Source: Ptychomitrium polyphyllum (lineage: Eukaryota). Taken from it: a stretch of 64,000 nt of DNA. Below are positions 14,401 to 31,110 of this stretch, one piece after another; position 1 is the first letter of the stretch, and every line of letters begins with the position of its first letter. The position numbers and the translations under genes are program-made. The DNA lies in assembly GCA_973851085.1 (NCBI GenBank), contig OZ316776.1:10664001-10728000 (forward strand). The letters are read 5' to 3'. Under the pieces are notes generated by a model. It had not been told where the DNA came from. It saw nothing but the letters and a program-made list of their open reading frames with translations, and ran no database searches.

Positions 14401-14945
14401 CACCACAAAAATTCAAAATCTCGTAAAATTCTATGCTACGTGACCTAGGAACAGGCATCTCATCTATATCTTGAGAAACATAGACTTCAGGGTACTCATG
14501 AAGCCAGCGGGCATAACAAAACGCCCATGTGCTCATATAATCTAAAGGAATATCATGTACATGCTTGATGATCAAATCAGAGCCTGTCTCCCAGACACAA
14601 GTGCTAGCCTACATGCAAACTCTTGCAATTTTTCTCTTAACAGTTTCACACCCATCATGATAACTCTAGCTAGTGGCGCAGCCGTGATAGAACCTAGGAA
14701 GAGTGCCTGCTTGATAAGGTCAACTCACGGCTGTTGGAGTGTTGGCGACACAATTTGCCACGCATAGGAGACCGATGACACCATACACAACGGGTATTTC
14801 GACACTGCATCAATTCTTCGTTCAATCGCTGTAGGATTTCAACATTGAACTGCACTTGTCCACGACCAAAAATGAGAGATGCTCAGTCAGCTCTTTAACA
14901 TCCTCTATAGGCTTCTTATAAAAGCCTAAAGAAACTTTAAGAGAG

Positions 14946-17380
<2,435 letters not shown>

Positions 17381-19696
17381 TGTCATGATTCCAATGGTTT
17401 TTATTTGGACAAAAGTTTGCCACGTTGCTATAGAGAATCGAAATGGGGAATTTCCTAAACTTCTGTTGTCATTTTTCTTTTTCTTTCTTTTTTTATTAAA
17501 TTTTAAAAAAAATTAACGTTATATTTTTGTTTTTTCTTGGCCACATGTACACCAACGTTTCTGGAAGATTTGCCAGATTTTGATACTTTTTTGGTGCATT
17601 CGGATGAGAATTACTGCCTTTGGATGAATACAATAGAACTATTAAGATATAAGGCAATGCTAATTGCCAATTGCATTCCCGAAAGGAAAGATTATAAAAA
17701 TCAAATGCATAATTTCATAACATGCTTTATTATTATAGAAGTTAGGAAGGTGGTTTCATTATTGATTGATTTTTCCAAAATTATCCACATTAGCTAATAT
17801 CATTTGATGGCATGTTCCATGTTAGCCATCCACATGCTTCTAATTGGTATAATTAATGTGTATATCTTAATGGATTAAATTAGTGTTATTTCCACTATTA
17901 AAAATATAATATATATTATACTATTTACAAAGATTTGCACCATAAAGATTGAAAATAATATTTTATGCAACCAAAAACTTTCAATGTCATTTATCTATTG
18001 GATGAAAATCATTTTTGTTTATAAATTCATTTATATAAATTGACTTATACAATAGCCACTATAGATCATTAGTACATGCAATATTAATAACTTCAATAAA
18101 ATTGAAGCAAAATAATATATTATATTTATAAGCAAATTTTGGTATAAATTTTGGTATAATATATTTTATTTTATTTTAAAAGATATACCACATGTGCCTT
18201 TTTATTGATTCAAATAATGACAAATAATGTCATATTATTAAAAATAATTTTTTTAGCATTAAAGTACTAAAGCTATTCTTTAATGTTTTATTTACAATGA
18301 TTTCCATTGCATAAATTTTGTCAAATCTAAGGTTTTTAATTGTTTAAAATTTTGAAGAACTATTTGTATAATATTCTTGAAGTCTTATGAAATATTTATG
18401 GTACTAAAGAATAATACTTAGTAAACATAGTTTCATATAAATGTATAAATATAAATATGCAAAATTATCATAACTTGAAAACAATTCAATGCAAAGTTGT
18501 ATTATTTGAAAATTTAAAAATGAATGGAAAGTTGATTGAATATTCAAAACATAAAAACAATGTTTTCAAAAAATTAAAAACTTCATGATTTGAAAAATAA
18601 TAATTTAGGTTGTTATTGTGAAGAAACAATATTGATTGAATTTGCAATTAACTATCTTTCAAACTAGTTGTTAATACACAAACACAAGCATTTAAAAAAA
18701 ATAAAGATGAGTTGTATTGAACCATTTTTTTGATGCTTCCATCAAAACCTTGCAAATTCATCCATTTTTTCTAGAGATACCATTGATTAAATGTTTCAAA
18801 TCAATTCTACTTATAATTACTAATTAATATATTATTATCAAAAAAATTTAAATTTGAATAAGAAGTAAGAAGGAAGACAAGTTTCCAATAGAAACATGTT
18901 GTAGTGCACAAAATGCTTTACAAACATAGTTGAATTTTGATTTATAAACATTTACTTTGCCTATTCCTATTTAACATTAAAGTCATCATTAATAAGAAAA
19001 TATTCAAACAACAATATGCACATATGCACAAGTTCTCTTACTTATAATACATAAGACTTTCTATGGATCAAATGCAAATCCTCCCTTAAACCATGTAACA
19101 AAAGAATCATGAACTTTGAGATTTCTTTTTGACTAAAACATCACACTTTGAAACATCAAATTTAAAGTTGTTCAATTTCCAAGTGGGTTTTCTATTTACT
19201 ACATACTTCATCTGAAACAGTCAAAACCAGTAATTTTGACACTTGAAATGATTTCACACATCTAAAGGAACTTTAGAACAATGGGATAGTTTACCCTCTG
19301 GAAATGTTGTACAAAATCCTAGAATAGTAATGTACAGAGAGGGCTGCAGAGTAACGTAAAGTCTCCTTCAGTGCTCGTCGCAGAACTGCAACTCCAGTGC
19401 AACAACTACCTATCGAATGCATACCCCGAAAGAGCTTGCCACACACATTCCCTCACAAGGATTTGCCTCAAACTCCTATCTTTCAAGTAACCCTAACCTA
19501 CTGACACCACCTTGTCGATTCTGTGGGCAGATTATGTATTTCACAGCCTGTTTTGGCTGTTGATGGAGTAGCCAAGAACGTATGTCAGATTTGGCATATT
19601 ATACCGCTACTGTGTAATTATGCCCAAATAAACCTTGAAATGAAGTTCATCTGCAGAATCATGTAAAGGATGGCTAGATTTACAAAGATGGAATAA

Positions 19697-19735
19697 GCTT
19701 GGAGCTTGGAGCTTGGAGCTTGGAGCTTGGAGCTT
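19697..19735. repeat. Heptamer tandem repeat (GCTTGGA)x5 in EXO84 3' UTR
   Basis: GCTTGGA repeated 5 times plus a partial copy, directly after the EXO84 stop codon. Confidence 0.9.
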
Positions 19736-19750
19736 GTCACACCACAAATC

Positions 19751-22700
19751 TCATTCTGAACGCATCGATGACACAGACTGAACATCGCTGACATCCCGAG
19801 GTGCATATTCACTCATTCCAAACCACTCATCCATCAAATTGTCGAAACTATAGCGAACTGTAGTCTGTAGCCACTCTGGATCCGGTAAAGCGCTGCACAA
19901 CGGAAGAGTAAAACTGAAATGTAAATGAACCAAGTTGCCATTTACTTCCAACTCTGATTTAGATCAATAGTATAAGCAATAAATGCAGAAACCACTACTC
20001 AGAACACGATGACTGACCTGTCAAGCTCAGCTCCACCGATCATATATGCTTCCTTCATTCGCTCTTCTTCCTGAGAGATTACTTGAAACACAGTCCTTGA
20101 TAAAAATCCCATATTCTTCGCAACCAGAATAAGAAACTGCATGTCAAAAATATACTGTTGCAAGCCAAGTGGGCCCAAGCTACCTGGATCCTCTTCAATT
20201 AATCCCCATAACTCCGGGTTTGTACTCAAATCTTTAACAAAGGTTTCAGTAAGACGTATAAGAAACAGCTGGGTGACCCTTTCCTTTCCTGCTAGCACAC
20301 AGCCAGCTACTTGTTGAATGGATACCAACTTCTGGAATACGGACTGCCACACCAGATTACACGTCAGAAGCAGCAAGGGTAAATACCAGAAATGCAAATA
20401 ACAGGCCAACATGTAGTACCGAGATGTTCAGGAAGAAAGATCTGCAACGCACCTGAAAAAGTGTTGTTGGCTGAGGATTGTCCTGCCATCTAGGTATCTC
20501 TGAATCTATCTGGAAATAGGTTGTTGCGTTTAGCTTGCTTGCATAATCATCATAACATAAGCCTATTATTATCCCATTGCAGAGATGGAATTTTAGTAAT
20601 TCTACATGCATCTGCAGCTGCCGCCGCAGGTCTTTAAGCTCAGGTGAACGGGCTGCCAGAGTTGAGGGGCGTGGAGCCCTTGATTCTACAGCGACAACTT
20701 GAGAACCACCTGGCAAAATTTTCGAAGCTGCGATTGCCACAAGCTCATCAGCGAGAGCTGCAGCATTACCCAGTAGTGACAGCTGCTGGTCCTCACTAGC
20801 TGCCATTTGAACCTGCAGAATTTGAAGCCAGTTGGTAAAAAACGAGAACACTCGATAAAATTGCATAATTACCGTGCATTTTTATAGAAATGTAGAGCCA
20901 AGGCTGACCTTCCTTTTGCCCTCCTCCTCGACCTCTTGACCAGGTAGTGCCTTAATAAGCGTATAAATATATTGCTCAAAAATTCCAGCTACGCCATCCA
21001 ATGCAGCTCCGCCCAACTGTACGCTGACAAGAGCTGGCATATCTTCGAGGAAGTCCTGATTGGTACGGAAAGTTGCCAAACAAATATCACATATGATCGC
21101 AATTTCAGAGGAATTCAGAGAGACTATCGTTTGATTAAAATTGTACCACTTGAAACACAACCTGTATGAAGGAAATGTAGTCATCGTATATAGCACAAAT
21201 TGAAGCTACGGCACCCAAAAGATTCGCAGCAAAATTGGACAGGAATGGATGCAATCAGGCTGCTCGAGTTTATGGCCAATATGAAACTGTAGGAAGACAG
21301 TGATGGACAAACCCACCTGCATTAATAGGAGGAAGCGGTGGCCGCTGGAGGTAAGTCTCATATTCGATACAATTCCACGTGGGCCCAATTGAGGAGAGAG
21401 ATCAAGGGTCCAGTTGTCAACTCCAGTTAATGAGCCCACATTTTCAATAATACCTGTTAAATTCACCTTCAAGGCCTGTTCCACACTAGGTCGAATGAGC
21501 TTCGACAGTGTAGAGCAAAGACTCAAACCCCGTTCTTCTAACAACGCACAGTGTCCAAGAGCAATTTGGACACATTCAACAGCTGTTCGCAAACCCCCAG
21601 CTGCAGCAGATGTCAGCAGTACATTCCGTTTTATAACAGAAGCACACATTTCAGTAACCTCTTCTGCCAAGAAGATCACCTCTGAAGCATATGCGGGTAC
21701 TTCGCCAAACACTGCCACTGAATCCCTAGAAGCCTGAATTATAATCAGGGGTAAAACAGCCAAGAAATAAGTCAGCTCTAGTCAACAAAAAATAACATTA
21801 AATACCAATACTATGCCACACCTTTCCTACTTTAAAGCTCTTACCCCAAGCTTTTCAGAGGCTGGCTTTACGAAGGCTAAGTGAATATACATACAGCAGA
21901 TCCTCACCTGAGCAATAGCAGAAAAGACCATCTTTGAAATGGCAGTTGTATACGTAGTTCCATACGTGGATCCACTGATTCGCAGTAAATCCACGTTATG
22001 CTTCAACCTCTCTTCATGGGAGTGCAATAAGAGAGTGTGCGCACGAGAGCCTTCACCTAACCTGTTCAAAGCAGAGATTGCAGCCCTGAGCTCTAATCCT
22101 CTTACAGTAGGTTGTTGCACTGCTTCCGCTAAGTAAGCAGCCAAACCTGCTCTCCTTTCTGCCAAATTCTTCTCTAACTGCCGAATGGAATCTTCACTAA
22201 TCCCTTCAACTCCTCCATTTTCTTTATAGAAGCGTGCCACCAGATCCTCACCTTCGTCAAGCAAAGTAAGTGCATCATCCACCTTCCGTTCTGCTAGGAA
22301 TACGTCCAGCGTCACAGGAAGGAGCTCTGTACGCTTCGCCAAATCGGTGGGTTCTACTTCATCCTTGTAATGGTCCTTCGACAGAGGTTCATCCGATGAG
22401 CTTAACGGTATGGAAGCTCCACGTTCAGCTAAAGTGCGGATCAGAGCTGCTTGGGTTTGAAGCAAGTTATTCATTGCTGCTATTTCACCTTCAAGGTCTG
22501 AAATTTCTTGCGATGTCCTTCAGAAGCAAATAGAACACCTTGTCAATGATGACGTTCGCAGACGATGAAACTGAAATTATATCCAAAAAAATAAATTTCT
22601 GACGTCTTGGATAACGAGTTTATCACAATTCAAATTTTTCGGAGCTGCTACGATGCCATGGAAGTAGCAGTATCAAAAACCCTAAAGCAGTCGTACTCAG

Positions 22701-23525
22701 AGATTCAGCAATTGAAGTTGTTCTTGTTTGAAGACATCAAGAGCAACTTCAAATATTGCAGTCAATCCAGCAGGTAGGAGAAAGTGAGCAAAGACCTGAT
22801 AAATACAGTGTAGTTTTCATAGACACATTTTCGCATATCATCTGTAGACGCTTTCTGCATTTCCATTAGCTCCTCACATATCATCCGGATACCCTGTCAA
22901 ATGAACATCAAATTAAGGAAATCCAATTCTCACAAGCAGCTGGTGATTGGAGAACCTCATTCACACCAGAATGGAACTCCAACACTCGATACCTTCCGAG
23001 CTGCTCAATATGAAACAAAATATTATCAATTCTTATCAAAAACATTAAAATAAAAAATGATAATCTGTTATGCAATTGATGATGAACATTTCGTGTACAA
23101 AGAGAGGCAAATACCAAAAAGTAGTGCAAGACGACTCTAAATCCTCTAATTCCCTAAGACCTAAAAACAGCTCGAGAGGAATTTCGACCACCATTAACCA
23201 TAATTACGCAATAAGTATCAACCTCACTCAACGGCCACTGAAGTGCTGATCCTTTCTCAACTGCAGGACCAACAACACACAATCCTGCCAGGGGAACAGA
23301 CGAGACAGTGAAGACGGAGCGTACCTTCTCACTGTTAGATTGGCCCTTGTAAACATCCACAACCCCCTTGGGATCCTTCCTCACAACCGCTGCCTCCTGC
23401 GCGTCGCAGTACGCATCATAGGCGGACTTGGTCACAGGTGCAGGCCTAGACGGTGGCACCATGGCGGACTTTACTGGAGGTGCCCTCGGCAGCGACCTCG
23501 CTGACGGCCTACTAGCAGTCGCCAT
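19751..23525 (-). CDS. EXO84: Exocyst complex subunit EXO84, 8 exons
   Basis: Exons 23525-23325, 22893-22796, 22517-21908, 21733-21317, 21055-20909, 20812-20453, 20343-20018, 19892-19751. Conserved plant EXO84 blocks: SEKGIR..CEEL...KAS.DDMRK.VYENY..FIRTSQEISDLEGE, LDVFLAER, AAAGGLRTAVECVQIALGHC.LLE..GL.L, LGPLGLQQ..FDMQF. Confidence 0.95.
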
Positions 23526-24032
23526 TGCACTTCCGTCGCACCAAACCTCCAATTCTCCAGCTAACGAAACCTCCAAGTCTCTCCAAAGAATTCCTCTCAA
23601 CCTCCCACACCTCGCCCCAATCCTAGTGCAGTGAAACCAATCGCATCACCTCTCATCCGCCACATCGACCTCCAATGAGCTCACTGAAGGACCATAATCC
23701 AACGCCAGAAAAAGAAAACTTTCGAACAAAGCGAGGATGAAAGCCTTGTGATCTAGTGACCCAGTGAGGAACCAGAGAACTAACTAACATGCTAGCTCTG
23801 CTCCTGCAAATGGATCTAGAAGTCAGTTGCAGACCATGACCATGGCTTCCGACACTGGGTGCCTCCAACCTTGGCATCTAAAGATGAACAAGTCGGCAGG
23901 TCACCGCTAATCGTTCCAAACATAGAAGAGTGACTCTGCAACACCGAGGCCCATGCGGTCTAAAACGCACGCGTGCCAGTGGCTACGAGCTAGTAGAAAG
24001 GCAGAGGTTTGACAAAGAGCGCGTGAGGACAT

Positions 24033-24051
24033 AGAGAGAGAGAGAGAGAGA
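24033..24051. repeat. (GA)n microsatellite upstream of EXO84
   Basis: AGAGAGAGAGAGAGAGAGA in the GC-rich leader; nearby (GCGAGA)n at ~24175-24195. Confidence 0.8.
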
Positions 24052-27000
24052 CAGCGGAGGAGTAGCGCTGCAGGTGAAGGCCGTGGGGTAAGGACCTGGG
24101 CCAGCGGAAGGCGCATGAACTGCGAGAGACGCGACACGGGTGCAATGGTCGGGACGCACAGGGCGACCATTGCAAGAGCGAGAGCGAGAGCGAGCACCCA
24201 CGAGACAGTGAGAGGTGCGCTGGCTGCTGTTGACTGCCGTGCCGTCTGTGCCGGCATCGAGCGGACTCATCGCGGATTCTGTTGCACGGTCACAGGCCCT
24301 CGCTCGGCACGAGTCCGGTGACCACTGGGTTCAGACTAAGGGCGCGGCTGTCTCGGTCATGGGCACGGGGTTGGTAGGCTGGCTGGGCATAGGGCACGCC
24401 TGGGTTCAAGAGTGCGGCCGTATTATCTCGGTCACAGGCCCAATACAATAAATATATATATTTATTGTATTGGGCATGGGGTTTGTAAGTATGTTTAGTA
24501 CTCGGTTTATAAGTTTGTTGGGCATTACGCAGGTTGCTGTAAGGAGCTTGGTGAACATCTTTAAAAATAACATATTGTGTCATTTCTACCATTAATTCAT
24601 ATCATATGAGAGAATACAACAATGAACAAAGTATAGTTGAATACATTTCAAAGGGTTTAAATTACATATTGAAATTAGGTTCATGAATTGCTATAAATGT
24701 TAAGAGCTTAGTATTACCACATGGAACTTTAGATGTGATTTTGTATTTTGAAACAAAAGCTTCTAAATTTGAAAAATACGTATTTAAGTGAGGTTTTATT
24801 CATGGTTTTTTTTTTTTTTTTGGTTGTTTGAAGGGTTATTTTTGGAAAAGGTACATTGCTATGATCTAAATCAAGATCAAAGTATGGCCAAATATGATTC
24901 AATATAAGATAAATAGTCATATTCACTTGTTCAAAAGAAAATTGAGTTTTCAACTTGGTGAAGAAATAGTTGGCAATGCAAAAAAGTCCTAATACCATGA
25001 AGAAACACGTAGGATTTACATTCATACTTATTTATCATTTATAAATATTCAAGGTTAAATTTACTACTTGTTTTATAGTTCATATTGTACAAATTGTAAG
25101 CAGTTTTTACAAGATATCAGAAACCTTTGAGTGGATGAGAAATGTAACTCACTGTGAGTGAGAGAAGCGTTTGAATCTGATGCAGAATTTGGATCCTGGA
25201 ACTGATAAGGTGCTAAAGTTTATTTCACCACAGTGCATTCTCCTTGAAGGAAGTTTTGTTCAACTTATGCTCAAAGCTGCAAAAGTTTTGTCCAAATCAT
25301 ATCATCCAGTACCCATTTGTAACAAGTTGGGCCATGAGCAATTCCACACTTTGTGAAAATGCATACTAGTGCACTGGCCACTTGCATTCAGAGGCACCCT
25401 CATTGCACAGCACAAGTTTGTACTACTCTTATGAAGCACCTTCAATGGTTCTCATTCATGAAGGCAAGCCCCATCGTATCAGTCCTTTCACCTTTCAGAA
25501 CATTCATGTACTACTGTCCATGGATCCCATTGTCCTCTGGCTTTCACAACCAAACACAGCACGAACACCAAAAGAATAGCAGACAGCACAGGACCAAACA
25601 ATACTATCACTGCCCACAATAATCCTCATGCACACACAGTAGATGAATACACGATGGTTGAGGGTGATGTGTTGCCTCTGATGACACTCCCTGCCTAACT
25701 AAAGAAGAGAAAAAAGGGAAAGTCCTTAAGAGAGCCAAGTTGTTGCACATTTTCGTCAAGTCCAACAACTTGTCTACACCATATCAATTGTTGAACTTTG
25801 CTGTGTAACGGAAGCTGTACTAGAATATTACCACAACTCATACCAACCAAACATTGTTGTCCCTTGTCATTCCGGTGCGAACTGGATTATTGTGAAAGCC
25901 CGGAAGCAACCTGGTGGGATATGACTTTCAGTTTTGCTTTACTTGGTGAATGATTTTTCTTTTGATTTTCGAAGACGAGAGAAGATTTCAGTCTGTCCTC
26001 ATGTGAGTCGAAGGGCAACCCTTCCTTTCTCCAGCGTCCCCGTCCATCGATCATTACCTTCGTCCACTTCTCAAAACTCTGAATTTTGATATATCCATCG
26101 GAAGGAAACGCCGTCCGCTGGTCGCTCTCGATTCAGCTTCGAGCACAAGGAGGACTCACTCAGGCGGCTTCAGTTCGTGAGGATGGCGATGAGAACTTGA
26201 AGAGTGGAGGCTTGCAATTTTTCTGTCACATAGGTTTCAAATTGTGAAGTTTCGGTAAGAATCTTCTGTTGCTTCCCAGTCGATTCTGCACCTGCTCCGA
26301 CTCAACATTCGTGCAAATCTGGTGAGAGCTGAACAACAACTTTTTACGCGTTGTGATGTAAAACGTCAAACTGAGTCTATTTCTCTGAGGAATCATTCTA
26401 TGTGTCTTTCAGTTTGTAGACCTCATTTTGAAGATCTTCTGCTGCTGGGTTGTGATCACAATAGCAGTTTATGCTCAAGTTCCGATTCTGGGTGATTTTG
26501 TACTTTTAAGGTCTAGATTGTTGAGGGCTTTGGAATGAGAGAGTGAGCAATGGCTTGACATCTTCTTCTTGCTCGGGGAAGAAGCAAATTAAAATTTTGG
26601 GTCTATGATATCAATTCATGCTTCATTAGTTACATTTTGTGAATTATTCTCTTGGGTATCTTGGATAGTGTAATGCCAGCCCTTGAATAGCTTTACTGTG
26701 AGGGTACAATTTATCTAGTGTTGTCAAAGGAAAAGGATTACAAAACCGTTCCAGAAAACTAATTCATTGTTCACTCAGTACAATGAGTAATCTTCTCTTC
26801 TTCAGATGGTCATGTGCTGAACAAGGTGCGCGAGTGTTAAAACGATCGTGCATTGAAATTAAAGAAGCGTCTTGTTGTTCTTTGTAGTACTACTCTGTTA
26901 TTGCAGGAGATTACAGTGCTTTTTTGTGTCACTGAAATTCTTAATTATCGCAAATGAGAGGTCGATGCAAACCAAATGCATTTGTAGAGTAGGAAGAGGG

Positions 27001-27142
27001 TTTATTTTATAACCTAGGTACTGTTGCATGGTGTTGCAATATTGCCTTAGATGCTCTTCTTTCATCCCAGAAATAAGAGATTAGCTTCATGAAGAGCTAT
27101 TAATCCCATTCGTGGTTACAGGAGAAGCGTGAAGAGCCAAAC

Positions 27143-29173
27143 ATGCGAGGTTTGGAGGATGATGGGAAGAAAGGTGAAGATGTAATTATTACAGTCATCA
27201 TTATCATTGGTAAGAGAGTCATTCCACCAAACGAGTGACTCCACCTTCTTACTGCACAGCTTTCTTCATAGTATGTTTGTGGTGAATGTGGTTCTCTGAA
27301 AAAGCTCATGAACTTTTTTTCGGTCATGCTTGTTGCTAGCAATGGAGGCCGAAGCACTTCCCTCAGTGGAAACGCTTCAGCTTGTGGAAGACGACCGGTC
27401 ATCCATGTAAGCAATTTTACCTTCATATTGTGGAGGTGTGTGGATGTTTCACCGTTTCGAACAGGTCAATGGTGGAGAATCTCAGTTCATCTCTTTAGTG
27501 TTTTCACGCCATCTTTTGCAGTTTTCCTAAAGGAGCTCCGTGGAAGAAGTACTCTGGGGACGTTGACGGACTCAAAGTTCACATTGTTGTTCCCGGAAAG
27601 GACAAGAGCTTAGGTTTGTACCCATTTGAAAAGCATATCTTACTCTAACAAATGCGGGATTTTAGCCTTTAAAATAGAAATTGTGACATCCTTCTTGTGG
27701 AACCTCCTTAGTGATATATGTGATATGTGGTGCAATGCTGAGGTTGTTCAGAACAATCCTGTGAACAGGGGATGTGAATGTTGTCTGTGTTTCTTTTACA
27801 GGCGTGGACAGCGTAGGAACTGTTCCCTCTTCTTTGCTGACGTACGCAGCTGGTGTTGCTCTTCAACCTGATTTGATAATCAATGCTGGCACTGCGGGTG
27901 CATTTCAGGTAAGTTTTGAACTTTCGTTATCATCTTGTAATTGCATCAACTTACAGGCTTTCTCTTGATATTTAGATTTGTCATGTTTCTTTAGCCCTGT
28001 TACCAACCTCTATAACCTGATGAAAATATAGGTTCTATAATTTTGTTTACAATTTCCTTTGTTCACTTCATGCTTGGGGCATTCAACTTTCGTTGCCTAA
28101 ATTTGAACCTCTTTTGATCACTCATAGTTCATTTATGGGTCGCGCAGGCAATGGGAGCCGCCATTGGCGATGTCTATGTTGCTACTGAGTTTGCCAATCA
28201 TGACCGCAGAATACCAATTCCTGTATGTAAAGAACGAACTTATTGTCTTCTGTTCTGTAGTGCTTCATCGACTTGTTAGAATAATGGTGAAGGAAGTAAT
28301 TTTCTTGCCATTCACGTTGTTGGTGAAAACTTAATGATGTTTGGCTCTGTTACAACGCATGAATGGCAATTGTATTTGCCGATTGGATTTGCTAACTTAG
28401 TCTAAACTCATGTCTGTTTGACGAAGTTGTTTACAATGTTTATGATGGCTTTAAGATAGACAGTTGTTTTTATAAAACCATCAACAAAGTTGAATAGTTT
28501 TAGCTACAAGTGATAGATCCTCGGTTGACAATCACGCAGGTATTCGACCAGTATGGTATAGGGACCATTGAAGCCATTCCCATGGACAATCTCATCAAAG
28601 ACCTCAAACTCAAGGTGAGACATCACACGAAAGCCTGGAAGTATCTGTTTACAAAACCATATTCAAACAGTTGACTTGCTGAGAGCTTGAGGCTTTTCAA
28701 TCCATAGCCATAACCGACTTCTCACAAGGCATGAACTCTATCATGCGCATTTGTGTGGCAGCAAGGTAAGCTTTCCACTGGAAACTCCCTGGACATGACA
28801 CTACAAGATGAGGAGCACATCAAGGCCAATGATGCAACTGTCAAGGACATGGAGGTCAGTAATTTATTCGAGCCAGAGCATGACCTACAAGCACTTCTGG
28901 TTCTAGAGAGCTTCAAAGACATGATTATTTCAGTTTTTGTTGAATGCTTTCCATGTTCTGGTGATGCAGGGTGCTGCAGTAGCCTACGTGGCAGATCTGT
29001 TGGACATTCCCTTTATCTCCTTGAAGGCAGTAACAGACATTGTGGATGGGACCAAGCCAACGGTGGAAGAGTTTCTGAAGAACATGTCTACGGCAGCCTC
29101 AGCCTTGTCCAGGATTGTGCCTTTGGTGCTGAAGTATGTTTCTGGAAAGACTGTTGCTGAACTTCATTGTTAG
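27143..29173 (+). CDS. MTN: 5'-methylthioadenosine/S-adenosylhomocysteine nucleosidase, 8 exons
   Basis: Exons 27143-27209, 27340-27406, 27522-27613, 27802-27908, 28148-28222, 28540-28614, 28762-28854, 28970-29173. Motifs: IIAMEAEALP, PGKD..LGVDSVGTV, PDLIINAGTAG, HDRRIPIPVFD.YG, LSTGNSLD, NDATVKDMEGAAVAYVA, KAVTDIVDG.KPT.EEFL. Confidence 0.96.
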
Positions 29174-30503
29174 GTACAAGGCACGGTCACCGATCCCTGT
29201 TGGAAACAAAACATTGTTGCCACATTTTTTGACGATGTGGCACATCGAGCTTTCAGACACTAATTAATCTCAATTTGTAGTTAATACAGATTGGTCTATG
29301 TTCACTTGGGACGTTACCATCAAAGATATGCTTCTACTTCAGTTTGTGCTGGTGACGCTAAAAGAAGTGTATGTTACCAAGAACACGGTTTTAGCCTGGC
29401 TTTTGTGCACATCGCAATATTGTGATCTGCAAATTGCAGTATATTTTTGACTGCAACAATGAGGATCTCATATCGTGTTTTGTAGTATCATCACTGTCTT
29501 AATGTATTTTACGCAGTATTTCCAGAAATCCAGTAGGCATGGCCTCCAAAGTGCACTTTGAGATTCCACTGTTGAGACAAATTGTGGAAAATGTAGACTT
29601 TCATGAGACAAATCATGGTTTGATGTAGTTAAGGAAAGTTTCTTGCAACTTCAAAATAAATCCACTAATTTTTACAATTTCAAAGAAGATTGAATTGTTT
29701 AACTTATGATTTTAAGGTTATTTAGTAGGAAGAGAAGTTAAGAGTTGTTTGTAAATTTTCATATAGGTTTAACCAAGACACAAATTTTTTCATAAACTAT
29801 TTAGAATAAATTACTAGTCTATTATTAGTTTCTTTCACAAATGATATACTATCATGTGTTGATGATTTATCAAATTGACTTTTAATCCAAGTGAATATTT
29901 CTTAACACCTATCTATGAATAAATCAATTTAACATACGATTGTTGAAGAATTAAGCTTTTAATCCTTATAATATTGATAAATGAAAGGATTATATTTATT
30001 ATTCCAATACTTTTATTATTGTTTGAACAAAAAAAATTATCTTTAAATAATCCACTTTTTAAATTTATGTTTTCTAATTCCTTTTCTTCTTTCTCGAACA
30101 TTTAACTTTACACTTATACAAAAGCATGTGTTATTTATAAAAAATAAAATGTAGCTATTTACAAATTATGGACTTTGAAAAGTTCAACTTCTATTATCAC
30201 TTATTTGCAATATGATTCTCATATTTTTCTTTGTAATCTATATTTTATAATACTTATTATATATGACTTTAATTTGTATATTGTTTAAATTCAAAATATG
30301 CTTATTGTTCAATATTAACCTTTTGAAAAAAATTATTTTTAAATGTAATACATTTAATGCATCTTCATGTCATAGTTTATGTCATTGTCTTTTAACACCA
30401 TTACATTGCCTAGTTAAAACATGGTTAAAATTAAACTATCCTTATTATATATTTTTATTATAATTTAAGCAATATCTTTTATGTTTATTTTGAATTAAAT
30501 AGC

Positions 30504-31110
30504 ATACTATCTCTTTTAAAAGATGATAATTGGAGATTGTTTTTTTCTTATGCATGTCACAAAGGCAAACTTCTATATTAGTTCCAAAAGATTTTGCCAA
30601 AGAATCAAGTAAAGAATTTGAAAGACTCCCTCTAGCATTGAAAAATGTGAGTAGTGCAATAAAAGATAAGATGAAGAAGGAAAAATAGAGCTATGTATTC
30701 CATAACTTGCAACATTCAAAAATAATATTGGAATTTTACAGTAGGTGATAAAATTTTGATTGTTTATATAAAAATTATAACATGTTCAAGGCCTTTGTAT
30801 TAAAAACATGATTCTTATACTTTGTAGCATTTTCAAAGGACCATAAAATTTTGGCCATCAAATTATTCCAAATTTGGCTTCGTGAGGGATTGGTTGATGT
30901 AGAGAATGAAGCAAAGATATACTTTGGACTTCTAAAGATGCAAACTATGATTGATTGAAATCCTTATCAAGAATGTGCAAAAGTGCATAATTATTCATGA
31001 TACTTGGTGCTAATGATCATTGCCAAAGCTAAAGCTATTAAAAATACATACAATTGTTCCTATACATTAGAAAAAATGTTAAAATTACTTCCAACAAGAA
31101 AGTCGTTGTG
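30504..31110 (+). pseudogene. Decayed NB-ARC (NLR) gene fragment
   Basis: Manual translation gives collinear motifs: ILSLLKDDNWRLF (RNBS-C, 30504-30542), AKESSKEFERLPLALK (GLPL-like, ~30600-30645), K*SYVF (W to stop), LKT*FLYFVAFSKDHKI...LFQIWLREGLVD (RNBS-D/winged helix, ~30800-30900), KVHN (MHD-like, ~30980). Several stops and a frameshift. Confidence 0.75.

Noticed and set aside
11500..14800. Short ORFs between PKP4 and RUVBL2
   Set aside because: No recognisable motifs or consistent exon chain; probably UTR, intron or promoter DNA.
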